64,000 bases of DNA, taken from the NCBI GenBank assembly GCA_030390025.1, contig CM059425.1, positions 168,332,001-168,396,000 of the forward strand, given 5' to 3'. Within the stretch, counting starts at the first letter, position 1. Each line of letters begins with the position of its first letter. Both the position numbers and the translations under genes were made by a program. The notes under the pieces are model-generated. The model was not told where the DNA came from, made no database searches, and saw only the letters and a list, made by a program, of their open reading frames with translations. This document shows positions 51,018 through 63,920 of the stretch, piece after piece. Origin of the DNA: Squalus acanthias. Taxonomy: Eukaryota.

Positions 51018-51740
51018 GGGGGCAAAATTCGGTTGCTTTGCGCCTCCCGTTAGTGTCCTAAGATGGCGCTAACGGGCGTAAAGCAACTAACGCTCGGGCG
51101 CAGCACCGCTAACGCCTCCAGCGAAATGCAGCGCCCCACGGTGCTGCACCTCCGGCGATGACATCATCGCCGTGCGCCGTGCCCTGCTCGCTCCCCAGCC
51201 GCGAACTTCAGTAGCGCCCCCTGACTTACCGCCGGACGCTATGTCCGACAGGGTTAGAGGGCGTACGTGCAGCTGGGGCGGCGATAATTAAAGGGGAGGT
51301 GCCGGCCGGCCATTTTTGTTGCTGGCCGCCTGCTAGCACCTGCCCCCTCTGCTGTCCCCGGCCTCCTCTGCAGCCCCCCAGCGGGGTGCCGGCCGTGCTC
51401 TGTCAGCCCGGCACTCCTCGAGTGCCGGCACCCCTATCCCTGGTGGCCCAGCTGGGCCCCAGGTCGCGCTGCGCAAGTCCCCTCCCCTTTAATAAGGGGA
51501 GGAAGGCCTGCAGTACTGCGGTGCGAAGTGCCACCACGTGTGGCGCAGCGGCACGTTGCGCCGCGATATTCCTTGGTAGCGCCCCAAGAGGGAGGGGGAG
51601 CGCTTCCAGTAGCGCCCCGCCTCCCTCTTGAGGTGCTACTAGTGAATTTCAGGCGCAGGGGCGCTAACTTTTTCTGGGCGCTAAAAGTAGTGCCCGGCGA
51701 AGTTAGCGCCCCAAAGGGGGTGCAACCGAATTTTTGCCCC
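51018..51740. mobile_element. Harbinger-type MITE with AAT TSD
   Basis: GGGGGCAAAATTCGGTTGC / GCAACCGAATTTTTGCCCC; aat on both sides; left 90 bp nearly identical to the 8197 element. Confidence 0.9.
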
Positions 51741-52832
51741 AATGTGTTCTTTGTCCTGGGTAGTTGCGATCATGGTATTAATGGAAGAACCCTTGAACAG
51801 TTAAGTTTTGTTACCCTTAATATTGTTAGTATTTGGGAGTGGACCTTGCTGGGGGGGGGGGGGGAGGGATTCTGTCACTACTCACGTCACTATTTCCTGT
51901 TCTGACTCTACATATCAGATGTGGTTGATGAAATCCACTGAAGCAATATGTTACAGTTTGATTAAATCATTGAAAAATTACCTAAATCCATGTTAGAATG
52001 CATACATTCCCACTTTTTTTCAAAATTCATTGGGAGTTGTGGATAGCCAAAGATTTTAGCTGGTGTCACATGTGATCTCTTCCTACATTGTGCAATACAC
52101 TGTTACTATGGATTTCCATCTTATTTCCACATTGAGCTGCTGAAAATACTATCTTTGTGTCTCTGCGTAAGAGAACAAGAAAATCCAGAACTCCAGCTCT
52201 GATAAATGGACTCCATCCAAAAGGTTAACCTGTTTTTGTCTTTTCAATGGACTTGCTGTCTATTTCTGACATTTTGGCCTAGAAATTTGGGGGTTTAGCG
52301 CTGGCCATTAAGGCCCGTTTTAAAGAAAAAATGGCGACCGACTCGCTTCCGCCCGCTTCTGGTGGGTCCTGCGATGGCTGCCATTTTGGGCAGGTCGGTA
52401 GCGCTGCCGTTGCCTGTGCTCACTCCAGATATTTAGATGAGGCAGATTGTGACGTCAATGAGTGTGCAATGCTGATTTGACGCACGATCTGCCATTTTGG
52501 ATGTCGCCGCTCCATTTAACACCCTCTCCAAATCATGAACAACTGACCAAGCATTCAGCAGCAGGAAGGAGCCCCCAGCAGCGCTATTTAAAGGTATCAT
52601 CAACAACTTGCAGCTGACATGGTTTTTCAGTTCTACTGGTTCTGCAACTCTTGCAGCTTTCAAAACTTGTTTAAATTTGCTGAGGTCACAGCGAGTGTTG
52701 CTCCCTGGAGAATGCCTTGCTTCTCATTTAAAGAATTCTGCTCACACCACTTGCTCACAGTCATGGGGGCTATACTTGCAGTCTCCCTCACACTCGAGTA
52801 TCAGAGGGAGATGGAGCAGAGACAGCGAAGAA

Positions 52833-54998
52833 GACACCGCGCAACAATCGCCAGGCAGGAGTGTTCCCTCCCAGTCGGGGAACACTTCAGCAGTCAAGGA
52901 CATTCAGCCTCCGATCTTCGGGTAAGCGTTCTCCAAGGCGGCCTTCGAGACACACGACAATGCAAAATCGTCGAGCAGAAACTGATAGCTAAGTTCCGCA
53001 CCCATGAGGACGGCCTCAACCGGGATCTTGGGTTCACGTCACACTACATGAAACCCCACCTGACGTAGAGTCATCCAGATGCGAGTCGTCGTTGGCTTGT
53101 TCTCTCTGCACAGATGCGGCCAGACCTGCTGTGATTTCCAGCAAAAAAAAGTATTTTGTTTTCCATACAGACAATGTCGGACCCATGGACCAGTTGAACC
53201 AGGAACACTCCTCGCCACGATGGACGTCTCGGCACTCTACACCAGTATCCCCCACGATGACGGCATCGCTGCAACAGCCTCAGTACTCAACACCAACAGC
53301 CGCCAATCTCCAGACGCCATCCTACAACTCATCCGCTTCATCCTTGACCACAATGTCTTCACCTTCGACAACCAGTTTTTTACCCAAACACACGGAACAG
53401 CCATGGGGACCAAATTCGCACCCCAATACGCCAACATCTTCATGCACAAGTTCGAGCAAGACTTCTTCGCTGCACAGGACCTCCAACCAACGCTATACAC
53501 CAGATACATCGACGACATTTTCTTCCTATGGACCCACGGCGAAGAATCACTGAAAAGACTACACGATAACATGAACAAGTTCCATCCCACCATCAAACTC
53601 ACCATGGACTACTCCTCAGAATCGGTTTCATTCTTGGACACACGAATCTCCATCAAAGACGGACACCTCAGCACTTCACTCTACCGCAAGCCCGCGGACA
53701 ACCTCACGATGCTCCACTTCTCCAGCTTCCACCCTAACCACGTTAAAGAAGCCATCCCCTATGGACAAGCCCTGCGAATACACAGGATCTGCTCAGACGA
53801 GGAGGAACGCGATGGACACCTACAGACGCTGAAAGACGCCCTCGTAAGAACGGGATATGACGCTCGACTCGTCGATCGACAGTTCCGACGGGCCACAGCG
53901 AAAAATCGCATAGACCTCCTCAGAAGACAAACACGGGACACAACCAACAGAGTACCCTACGTTGTCCAGTACTTCCCCGGAGTGGAGAAACTACGCCATG
54001 TTCTTCGCAGCCTTCAACGGGTCATCGATGACGACGAACAACTCGCTAAGGCCATCCCCACACCTCCACTACTCGCCTTCAAACAGCCGCCTAACCTCAA
54101 ACAGACCATCGTTCGCAGCAAATTACCCAGCTTTCAGGAGAACAGCGACCACGACACCACACAACCCTGCCACGGCAACCTCTGCAAGACATGCCAGATC
54201 ATCAACACAGATACCATCATCACACGTGAGGACACTACCCACCAGGTACACGGTACATACTCATGTGACTCGGCCAACGTTGTCTACCTCATACTTTGCA
54301 GGAAAGGATGCCCCGGAGCATGGTACATCGGCGAGACCATGCAGACACTGCGACAACGTATGAACGGACACCGCGCAACAATCGCCAGGCAGAAGTGTTC
54401 CCTCCCAGTCGGGGAACACTTCAGCAGTCAAGGACATTCAGCCTCCGATCTTCGGGTAAGCGTTCTCCAAGGCGACCTTCGAGACACACAACAACGCAAA
54501 ATCGGCGAGCAGAAACTGATAGCCAAGTTGCGCACCCATGAGGACGGCCTCAACCGGGATCTTGGGTTCATGTCACACTACATGTAACCCCACCTGACGT
54601 AGAGTCATCCAGACTCGAGTCGTCGTTGGCTTGTTCTCTCTACACAGATGCGGCCGGACCTGCTGTGATTTCCAGCAAAAAAAGTAAAACATTTGACCCC
54701 TTGTGATCCCACCTCATTGTCTTTGTTGTATTTTGCTATCGTCTTTGATGTAATGTCTTCCTGACTGACCTGTTTGGACACCATCCACACCTCTGATTTC
54801 TGTGATTGTCTCTCTGCCGAGGTGTGCTAAAGGGCAATTAGAAAGATTAACTGTAGTCGTCTGGCATTGTTCTCTGACTATATATGCTGTGCCCATATGC
54901 ATTTCTTCACTTCACCTGACGAAGGAGCAGCGCTCCGAAAGCTTGTGATTTCAAATAAAGCTGTTGGACTATAACCTGGTGTTGTGCGACTTCTCACT
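52833..54998 (+). mobile_element. Penelope-like element family B (Neptune-like): partial tandem, with upstream 3'-end repeat 52833-53152, RT-GIY-YIG about 53178-54587 and 3' UTR/pLTR
   Basis: Open frame with MDVSALYTSIP, GTAMGT..AP.YAN, RYIDD, C.G..C.TC linker, VVY...C...C..AWYIGET; 52833-53152 repeats 54367-54685. Confidence 0.95.
54912..54948 (+). ncRNA. Minimal type I hammerhead ribozyme of Penelope family B
   Basis: tcac-CTGACGA-a-ggagc(agc)gctcc-GAAA-gctt-gtga, followed by AATAAA. Confidence 0.82.
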
Positions 54999-57900
54999 TT
55001 TATCCTGAGATAGGACAGCAGGGTCATGCTCCACTTTACTGGGCTGCTGCGGCACCCTGCAAGCCCCGGTCGTGCCGGTAAACCCAGCCACGATGGCAGC
55101 AGTCAGAGCTTGGGTGGCTTTAAGCTGAGATCGCATGACAGCAGCCTGAGCTTGGGTGGCATCACGCTGAGACTGCATGAGATCAGCCTGAGCTTGCGCT
55201 GCAGCACTAAGCACGAGGTTGTTTCTGCCAGTGCTGCAATGGAAGCTGCGACATCCCCCATCATTCGCACCATCATGTCTGGGTCACCACAGTCTCTCTG
55301 GGAGTGTACCATCATTTCCAGGCTGGAAATCCTGGGCTCCATGCTCTGTGCAGAGCCCCGTGCAATGTTGGAGGTGGACTCCTCCACGCTCCTTGACATT
55401 GTCGAGAGGCTCTCTGGCAGCCTTGCCATTGCACCAAGCATTTCTGTGTGCATACCCATCACCCTTCTTCTGAAGGCCTCTCCATCAAGGTCCTCATCTG
55501 AGTCCTGTGCAGCAGAACCCACGTGCGAACTCGCCCTCCGGGAAGTTGGCCCCCGAGCTACCCTTTCCCCCTGGCCTTGCTGCAGCCCACTCATGCCCGG
55601 TGCCTCACCGTGTGCAGATTCCGCTTTTACACTAGCCTCTAAAGTTCACATAGTGCCAGTTTCTGAGCTGGTGTCTATGAGTGAGAAATGCAGTGATGCG
55701 GTGTCTTCTTCCTCCTCATCTTCTCCCCCCTCGCTCCCAGCGGTGCCCTCGGAGACAGGCTGCTCGGCTGCTTGTTGATTATCTAAAAGCAGAAAGGCAC
55801 AAGAGTCGGGTTATAGTGAGGGTGAGGGAAAGCCAGAAATACATGCATACAGCATGAGTAGCTTGAAAGTGAGAATAGATTGTGAGCTGAGGTGGAAGTG
55901 GGATGTGAGAAGTGGGATGCGAGAAGGATTAGGAATGAACATACCGTTGTCGTCCCCAAGAGGTTCAACCTCATCGGTGGCCACGGCCTCTGCCACGTGG
56001 CGCCCAATGATCTCTCGTACTCTCTCCTCGAGCTGGCTTAGCTGTTGAAAGGCCGCTTGGCCCCCACCTGTTTACACCTGCTCCCTCCGATTATGTGCGA
56101 CTGAAAGAGAAAGAGAAAGAGAAGTGTGTGAATGAGTTTAATGCAATGTGTTTGGGTGATGTGCTTGCCATTGTTGAAAAGCTGCCATTGTGTGCAAGGT
56201 GTGAGTGTGATAGGTAGAGATTGTTGCTTTGAGTGCTGGGGGTTTGGTGCATTGAGCAGTGTGTGAAGCTTGTGGTGCAGATGGTGGGATATGGCATTTG
56301 TTGAAGCCTTCACTCACCTTGACCACCCGTGTGAGGTCGTTAAACTTCTTCCTGCACTGGGTGTGAGTCCTGGGGACCTCAGTGCTGGACGTGACGTGGT
56401 CCGCGATCTCACGCCACATGTGAGTTGTGAGGGCCTCCTGCCAGTCTGAGGGTATAGGACCGCCTGCCTCCTCTCCACTGTGAATACCAATGCCTGAAGA
56501 GTTTCATCGGAGAACCTACGGGCTCTCTCCCTCCGTCTAGGTTCTGCCATGACGACTGGTAACTGTCTGTTCCTTGTCCTGAAGCTTCTTTACTTGGCTG
56601 TTGGGGGCAACTAAACACCCAACCACCCTGACAATGAGGTGCTGCAGCATTAATGCACCTCCCCTTTAAGTAGTGGAAAAAGCCTGTGGCAATCATGACT
56701 GTGAATTAAACTGGCCCCGATATTGTCCACCTGTTCAGTGTAAAGCCCATGAGCATCAGTTTTAGCGCTGAAATCATGACTACAATCATGTTAATGAAGA
56801 GTGAGCATGAATTTTGGGTGCTACCTAGACCATTTTCAGGTGGTGCAGCTTAACCTCATTTAAGACTGAACACTGCCCATTTCTTGGCTATATCCAATTT
56901 GTAGGCCAATGACTATAACACACTTGTTCACCGTTGTAGCACTCAGAATTAACTTTCAGTCCACAGCAATTTTTGGTATTTAAGAATCAGAGGAAAATGA
57001 GACAAAAATAGCACTTTCTAAGTTACTGATCTGTACTGCAGCTATTAGGCTTAATGCTGACAGCAATTTCCAACCTAAAGTCTATAATTTTTAATAGAAT
57101 AGGCAAAGAGAGAAAAAGTAGGGGACTGTGAAATTTAAGTTTTTCATCGAACCAATATGCATGTAAAAGGCTAGGCATAAAAATGCCAATCAGTAGAACT
57201 GCTTTCGAATGTCACTTTTTATTTGAGGTTGAAATCTAAAACTATTAATTTTTTCAAGTGAAGTTTAATTAAGAGGCCTATCGATTGTGTAATGGATGAT
57301 TTGTTGACTGCTCCATGATGTCCCTTTGAAGGGAACTGGTGTAAACTCTATAAATACAGAATTTATCCAGGAGACACAGCGGCGTTACTAACAGATGCCG
57401 ATGAGTGGCGCTGAGCACAAAGGGTGTTTTTCCTCCATACACTACCTGTCCTGACGGATATTCTACTTATGCAGTATGTAGAATATTTTTTCCCCACTAT
57501 TCACCCAGTTTCTTCTTTCCACTCCTTTCTTGAAGGTGAGAACTCTCACCAAGCTATGATTCCAAAAGACTGGCAGCCTTTTCAGCAGCTCACACGCATG
57601 TGAACCTTGACAGTGAGTGCTAGCAGGCTGTTTGACAGCTGAGCCTGGTCCTATCCTCACTGGACATCCAGTCATCTGCACTTTCCAGCAGAGGCCATTG
57701 CATAGTGAGCAGGAGCAGGAACGCTGGCTGATTTTTCCCCCTCTTGCACACAGGGCTACTGTGGACATTTGGAATGCCTCTGCTGCTACCTCATATGAAT
57801 CATCTAACTCAGCACATACAAGGAATTGAAACTCGGACCATCCCAACTTGCATCCTTCAGTACTACACCGGGCAGTGCACCTACCACTAAGCCATCGGGG

Positions 57901-58599
57901 AAGTTTAACGTAAATAGGATTTTAATATTTTGTCAGTTCATCACTATTTTCTTTTTGATTATAGAGTAATATTTATTATTCGGTCACTTAATATGACCCT
58001 TCATTTTTTCTTGTTTTCTTGTTGAAGTGATACAGCAAGGGGAAAAAATGTCTTCCTGCTTTGCCAATCTTACAAACTGTGTCAATCAATCACGTGAACC
58101 CAATTTCATGTCCTGCTCCTCCTCCTCCTGACAAGACGCTTCACTTTGACAATCCAGTCCCATTAAGACAAAGAAAGGAAATAATGCTACTGGGGAAAAT
58201 GAAGCAAATGAAAGTCAGGCTAATTAGGATTAAATTTGTAGCAATCCCACCACATCAGTCTCCGTTGGCCTTAAATTTAAAAGGCAGGAGGTAATCACAG
58301 ATGGTGGAGGAGGCAGACAGAATAGACAGAGAGTAATTAGTCATTGAGTATCAAATCATCTCGGACGCCAAAAATAGGAATACACAGGCTGAAACATTGC
58401 TTTACAAAAGCCAGGGATGGCAAATGACATTCAGACATCATTTCATTTCGTGTTAGAATCCACAGTATTTTGTCAGGATTTACTAGCTTCTTACTATAAA
58501 TGGTAATGCTTTGCTGTCTCCTGAGCTTAACAGCCAAAGTAGTTGCTCTGTGAGATCTTTAAGTGATTAAAAGTAAATAAAAATGTCAAGTGCCTATGT

Positions 58600-61000
58600 G
58601 CAAACTATTAACACTTTTTTCAGTTTTTATTGAATCCTCTTCCAGAAGAGCGATAGATACTTGTTTGCAGCTACTGGAAGCTGTACAGCATAAGAAGATG
58701 GCAGACCTGATGAAAGATGCCAAGGTAAGAGTACCCATAAAGCAGGTAGATGGTTCAAATATGCATGCCACAAAATGTTGCCTGTCAACCTATAATCCAT
58801 TTAATGCTGCACTATGTATAGCAGACAACCTTACAGCTCTTCGACTGTTTACCATGCATGGCCATACTACATCAGGATATATATTTAAGCTGCAACTTAC
58901 AGCTGGAACTCTCATTACACTGACATCTTCAAAGAGCTTCACACCAATAAACCTTCTAACACAACCTAGTTGCATGATGCATATTAATTTACTCTCCCTG
59001 GGTTGCAGATTCATCACTAGGGAATTGCTATGCTCCTGAAATGTCAAAAAAAACCAACACTATTTCTTTCCTTCAGGAACAAGTTGGTTCATAACAGAAA
59101 GGAACAAATGCAACTAGGAGGAGATCCCAAAAATTCAGGACTCTGGCAGCATTTAAGGAGGTCGTGCTGAACAAAACCATAGATGCAGTGGTAGAAGGTG
59201 AAGCAGGAAGCCTCCCCAAGGCTGAAGGCTAATCCCATCCTTTATTTGTTATGTGTTCTCCCCCTACTTACTCGCTCTCATGTAGGCATACAATCAAGCA
59301 CCACACAGTAATCTCCTCCAAAACAGGTCACTTCTGACATTGCAGCACTCACTCAGTACTGCACTGAAGCGCCAGCCCAGATTAAATGCTTACGTCTCCA
59401 GCATGGGGTTTGAACCCACAACCTTTTGATTCAGAGGGGAGAGTGCTACTGCTGAGGGGAGGATAGAGGGAGCAGTGGATAATGCACCAGTACATTAGAG
59501 AGCCAGTTATTTGTAATGGGTTAGTCATTAATGTGTCCTGGCACATTGACCTGCTGCACATTGATGGAGTGAAGCCTTTCTGTTCATGCTGGCCATGACA
59601 TTGCTCAGACGGCCCCAGATGGCCACGTGGATGCCATCAATGTTACTCCTGTATTTTATGAAACTGCATTGCCCCGTCATGCTGCTGTCGCTTTGCAGTG
59701 GGAAAAGCATTTGCTCTGCTGAATAATGATGCCTCTCTATTAAAAATTGAATGACATGGCAGATGCTCTCTGCATAGACTGGGAGAAACCAGAAGCATAA
59801 GGGAGATAGTGATCTTGCATGCTATTTGTAATGCTGTCTCTGTAGCTGTAGGTCTCTTTGCAACATATGACACAGCTCTCTAACTGCCTCTTCTGTCATT
59901 TCCAGGCAACTTTAACTGGGCCTGTAGATATAGGGATGGATTTTGTCAGCCCCGAGGAGGCGGGTATGGAGGCGGGACTGCCGGTAAAGTTGCAGAAAGT
60001 GGGGGCGGATGGCAAACCCGCTCCCATCCTGCCTCCGTGCCCTTTTGCCAGGAGGCGGGAAGCCGTCCTGCCACGGGTCCCGTCTCCTCGAGGCGCGAAA
60101 GGGATTAAATCCTTTTAACTGCTTGTTAACAGGTAGTTAACAGGCAGAAAAAAGGATTAGTCCCATTTTACCTTTTCAAGTGCAGGCTTCCCGACCTCGG
60201 AGAACTCCGCCGGGGTGGAGGAGTCGAGTAGGAGGTCTGCGGGGGTCAGAGGGGTCTGAAAGTGCAATGTAGAGGTGAGTGATGGGTGCAAGTGTGGAGT
60301 GGTAAGTATTTGAGGTGAGTGTAAAGTGTTATAAAATGTTCACTTACCTTTGTTTCTGCCTACAGCCTTCAGCCGCGGTGGTTCCGGAGTCCCGACATCT
60401 TCGTTGTAGATTTCACAGACTGGCTGTTGGATCCTCCGAACCAACAGTCATCTGATTTTTACAAACTAGAACGGTTTGATGAGTCCTGAACACAAGGGCT
60501 CATCAAACTACACAGAAAGTCAGTGTTTGACAGCTTCACAGAGCTGTCAAACGCTGACATTTCTTCTTTCAAGAAGTCTTGACAGATGGCATGTCAGACG
60601 TTGACGTGCTCTGTCAGTGACTTCCCCCTAATTAGCCTGCTGAGCCCGCAGGGCGGGCTTAACAAGGTCAATCAAGGGGAAATCCCGCTGGTTGGCCAGA
60701 GGTTGATGGAGGCGGGACTTAGACCCGACAAGCAGCAGTCCCGCCTCCAGCACGTCTCCATTCACAAAATCCAGCCCATAGTCTCTAGGAGATGAGCAGT
60801 CCGCCTCTGGTGTAATCGCAGTCCATGGCATGCTTTCTTTGGTCTTCTACTGGTCCTGTTCTATCAGATCTAATGAGAGATGTGCACTAAATAAGAGCTT
60901 CATAGCTTGCAATACATTATGAAAAAAATGAGAGGGCAGTACCCCTTTAAGAATTTTTTTTTTTTCTGACAGGTGACATTGCTTCTGGCCTGCAATGTCC
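58600..61000. mobile_element. Very old Harbinger remnant (ORF2 traces on + at 58600-59200, transposase traces on - at 59530-59880) interrupted by a MITE
   Basis: KLVHNRKEQMQLGG after an acceptor resembles ORF2 exon 2; IDGIHVAI and MNRK on the minus strand. Confidence 0.5.
59933..60777. mobile_element. Harbinger-type MITE with ATA TSD
   Basis: gggatggatttt / aaaatccagccc; ata on both sides; homologous to 4581-6492. Confidence 0.85.
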
Positions 61001-61817
61001 AATTTATATGGGCAGCATTAACATTGCGTGGCATTTCCGCCTAAAGTACAGTAAGCAGAGGGCCCACAATTACTTCTCTCTTGCAGAAATAATGAAGATC
61101 TCACACATTTGGTGTGAAAGCTAAGAACACTGGCAGGTCTCGCGGAGTGTGAAATCACAAGGTGTGCTTTGAGATCAACTCGAGGGAAGTTCCTTCAGGT
61201 CCCATAATCTGTGTTATAATAAGAATGCTAAGACACAATGTTCTCAGTTTGGCTTCCCTACATTGTTCAGGTCCAGTAGAGTGACATTGGGCTTTCTGTG
61301 TTACACTCCATATGATGTGATTCCTCATCCTTTCTTTGACTAATTCTTCCAGCCCTCACTCTTTTCCTCTCTTTTAGCTTTTCTCTTCGTGTTTGGCCCT
61401 TTTTGCGGAACTCTTCCTGGCGACAGCCAATGTCCTTTGTGCTTGGCCTCAGCTCTCTAAATGTTGACTTGACCTGGCTGTATATTACGTGGGGCTAAAA
61501 TTTGTCTTCAGCGATAGCACATCTCAATTGAAGTCAATGGAGAGTAAAATCGAATGGCATGTAAACCAGGCATCCGACCAGAACCTGCCCCATTCCCACC
61601 AGGCGGATTAGGTTAAAATCAGGGCTTGGATCTTAAAGAAGTGCAAACTAGAATAGAACTGTTTTACACCTAAAGATGAAAATCGCCCCTGTGATGTCAA
61701 AATAGTTCCCTGTCATGCTTTTGCGTGTTGCTGCGTGTATAAACATGAAAAGCTATCTAACAAAACATCGTACTAGGTGACATCTCTTTAAAATAATAAT
61801 TTGTTTAGGAATCTTAC

Positions 61818-61933
61818 CAGCAGTACCGCAAAGAAATCCTTAAAACTCTCTCCAAAATGATCCTGTGTGAAATCGTCTGTACTTTTATAACTATGGGCCT
61901 GAGAAATCTTTTGAAGCTGTATTTTTTTTGTAC
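61818..61933 (-). CDS. SLCO4C1: SLCO4C1-like organic anion transporter, first coding exon in window (gene 5' end lies outside the window)
   Basis: tttgcag|GT ACA... to CTG CTG|gtaag; 116 bp; translates (G)TKKIQLQKISQAHSYKSTDDFTQDHFGESFKDFFAVLL, resembling the OATP4C1 loop GTAEIQAGKTSQAH...FGKSIKDF as I recall it. Confidence 0.88.
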
Positions 61934-63562
61934 CTGCAAAGAAAAAAAAATTGTACAGGATAGCTAAAGTATCATTTCTATAGTCATGCTTGGTGCTACT
62001 GAGGCTGTATAGTGCTTGTCATTGCATTATTTTCAAAAAGCCATCAATCAAATCAGTATATAGAGTAACAGCTATATAGTCTGAATGGGAAACTAATGAT
62101 TTATTCAAATGCAATGTATTTACTTGGAGACCGTTTAGTGTTCTGAATGTTTAATCGTGGAAAGATTAAGATCAGCTATGTTATCTTTGTAGTGATCATA
62201 CTAGGCTTGCGGCAGGTGGAGAGAGAACCAACACAGGAGGACTAAACTGCTTGACCTTGTCTTCACCAGTCTACTGTTGCAGATTTGTTTGTCCATGACA
62301 GCATTGGTAGGAATGGCCATCGCACAGTCCTTGTGTAGACCATTCTGTCTTCTCACTAGGATACCCTCCATCGGCCATTTGTGCTAAGTGGAATAGATAA
62401 AGAACTGATCTAGCAGCTCAAAACTGGGCCTCCATGAAGTACTGTGGGCCATCAGCAGCAGAAAAATTGTATACCACCACAATCTGTAACCTCATGGACC
62501 AGCATATCCCTCACTCCTCCATCACCATCAAGCCAGATGAACTACCATGGTTAAAAGAGGAGTGTAGAAGAGCATACTGGGCGCAGCAGCAGGTGTTCCT
62601 GAAAATGAGATGCCAACTTGGGGAAGCCACAACACAGGGCAACTTGCATGTTAAACAGCAGAAGCAGCACGCTGCAGACAAAGCAAAGCGATTCCACAAC
62701 CAACGGATCAGGGAAACTTTAAATTGCATCAAGATCCTACAAATGGTATAGGACTTTAATTAGCATATTAAAAGTAGCCTCCCACCTGAAAGAGGTCGGT
62801 ACTCAGGAGGAAAGTGGGAAATCAAAGGACAAGTCACTACAGCCCACTTTCATTACTATGCACGTGATTAAGACATGTGACACCGAGGAGCTTTGTGACC
62901 CCCTACATGAAAACCCTGGTTTAGTTCCCAGTCATAAAAACCTAATACATGAAAAAGTTTATACGCCACATCAACAGGAAGCATACTTATAAATACTCTT
63001 AACAATGCTGAAGATACTGCTTGCCTGGCCTCCCCCACCCCCCACATCCCCTGATGGGGCCTTTCCACCCATCTGGAGGCCGGTACATCACATCTCATTG
63101 GGCATTCTAGTCTCCAGTACTAGGCTGGATCCCTACTGAGCCAGAAAAGGGGGAACTTCAGGCACAGGGAGACCCCACTTTAGGCAGAAAATCCCAGAAA
63201 TGACAGAGATCTGGCTGGGATTTTCAGGGCCTTTGTCACTTGAATCCATCTGTTGCAGTCAGGATGACTTTTATTAGTCTGTGAATAGGTGCCCATCTCA
63301 GGAAAGTATGACATCCTCTGGATAAGAAACTTTGATATGACTTGTTCAGTCTCATCATAGCCAAGAATCCTGATGGCCAGTCTAATAACAGTGGTCAAGC
63401 CAAGCTCTAGAGTCTGATTCCCTCTGCCTTGCTGGCTATATTAAGCTTTGAGGTTAGCAGCTCTTGTGTAACAAAAATTAAATGAAGAATACAAGTTTCT
63501 TTTGACTTTTTTGCCTTGTCCCCCAAATGCTAACATGCTGCTACATACTGTCTAACCCAATA

Positions 63563-63649
63563 TTGTGGAGATGCCGGTGTTGGACTGGGGTGGACAAATG
63601 TGAGAAGTCGCACAACACCAGGTTATAGTCCAACAGCTTTATTTGAAAT
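63563..63649 (-). mobile_element. Penelope family B solo pLTR fragment with tail
   Basis: Matches 29316-29401; aatattg duplicated at both ends. Confidence 0.85.
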
Positions 63650-63774
63650 ATTGGTAAACCTTGCAAAGCTGTCTAGAAGCTTCAGGGTTTATCCTTAAGA
63701 ATTTATAATCAGGCATCTTGTGCAGAAAACACCAGCTACAATTTGGTGTACTCATCCTTTTTTTAATATTTTAT

Positions 63775-63920
63775 GGTGCTTTCACTATGGGAAAAGATTT
63801 ACATGGTTGAACTGGTCACATACTAGCATGTTCACACTGCTGCTTGTGGGGAAGCAATTCACTCAGTCATCCAACCTGCTGAAACACCAGCAAAGTTACA
63901 CTGGAAAAAGGCTGTTCACC
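63775..63920 (+). pseudogene. Degenerate C2H2 zinc-finger fragment
   Basis: (C)GKQFTQSSNLLKHQQSYTGKRLFT preceded by a GKRFT remnant; frameshifted, second His lost. Confidence 0.6.

Larger units (their letters stand above)
52276..56907. mobile_element. Harbinger element: 3-exon Myb/SANT gene on minus strand (56550-56318, 56100-55945, 55782-about 55000); transposase region largely replaced by a Penelope insertion
   Basis: TIRs ggcctagaaatt / aatttgtaggcc; MAEPRRRERARRFSDETLQALV...MWREIA.HV.....RT.TQCRKKFNDL with a frameshift. Confidence 0.8.

Noticed and set aside
53079..53177. N-terminus of the 502-aa ORF as a true start
   Set aside because: It is read-through of the upstream pLTR-like repeat; the RT is 5'-truncated and lacks the DKG and PKIHK motifs
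55026..55778. 250-aa plus-strand ORF
   Set aside because: It is the antisense shadow of Harbinger ORF2 exon 3 and has no recognisable motifs
58590..59039. 149-aa ORF as an antisense host gene
   Set aside because: No domain recognised; it spans a decayed Harbinger ORF2 exon and intron
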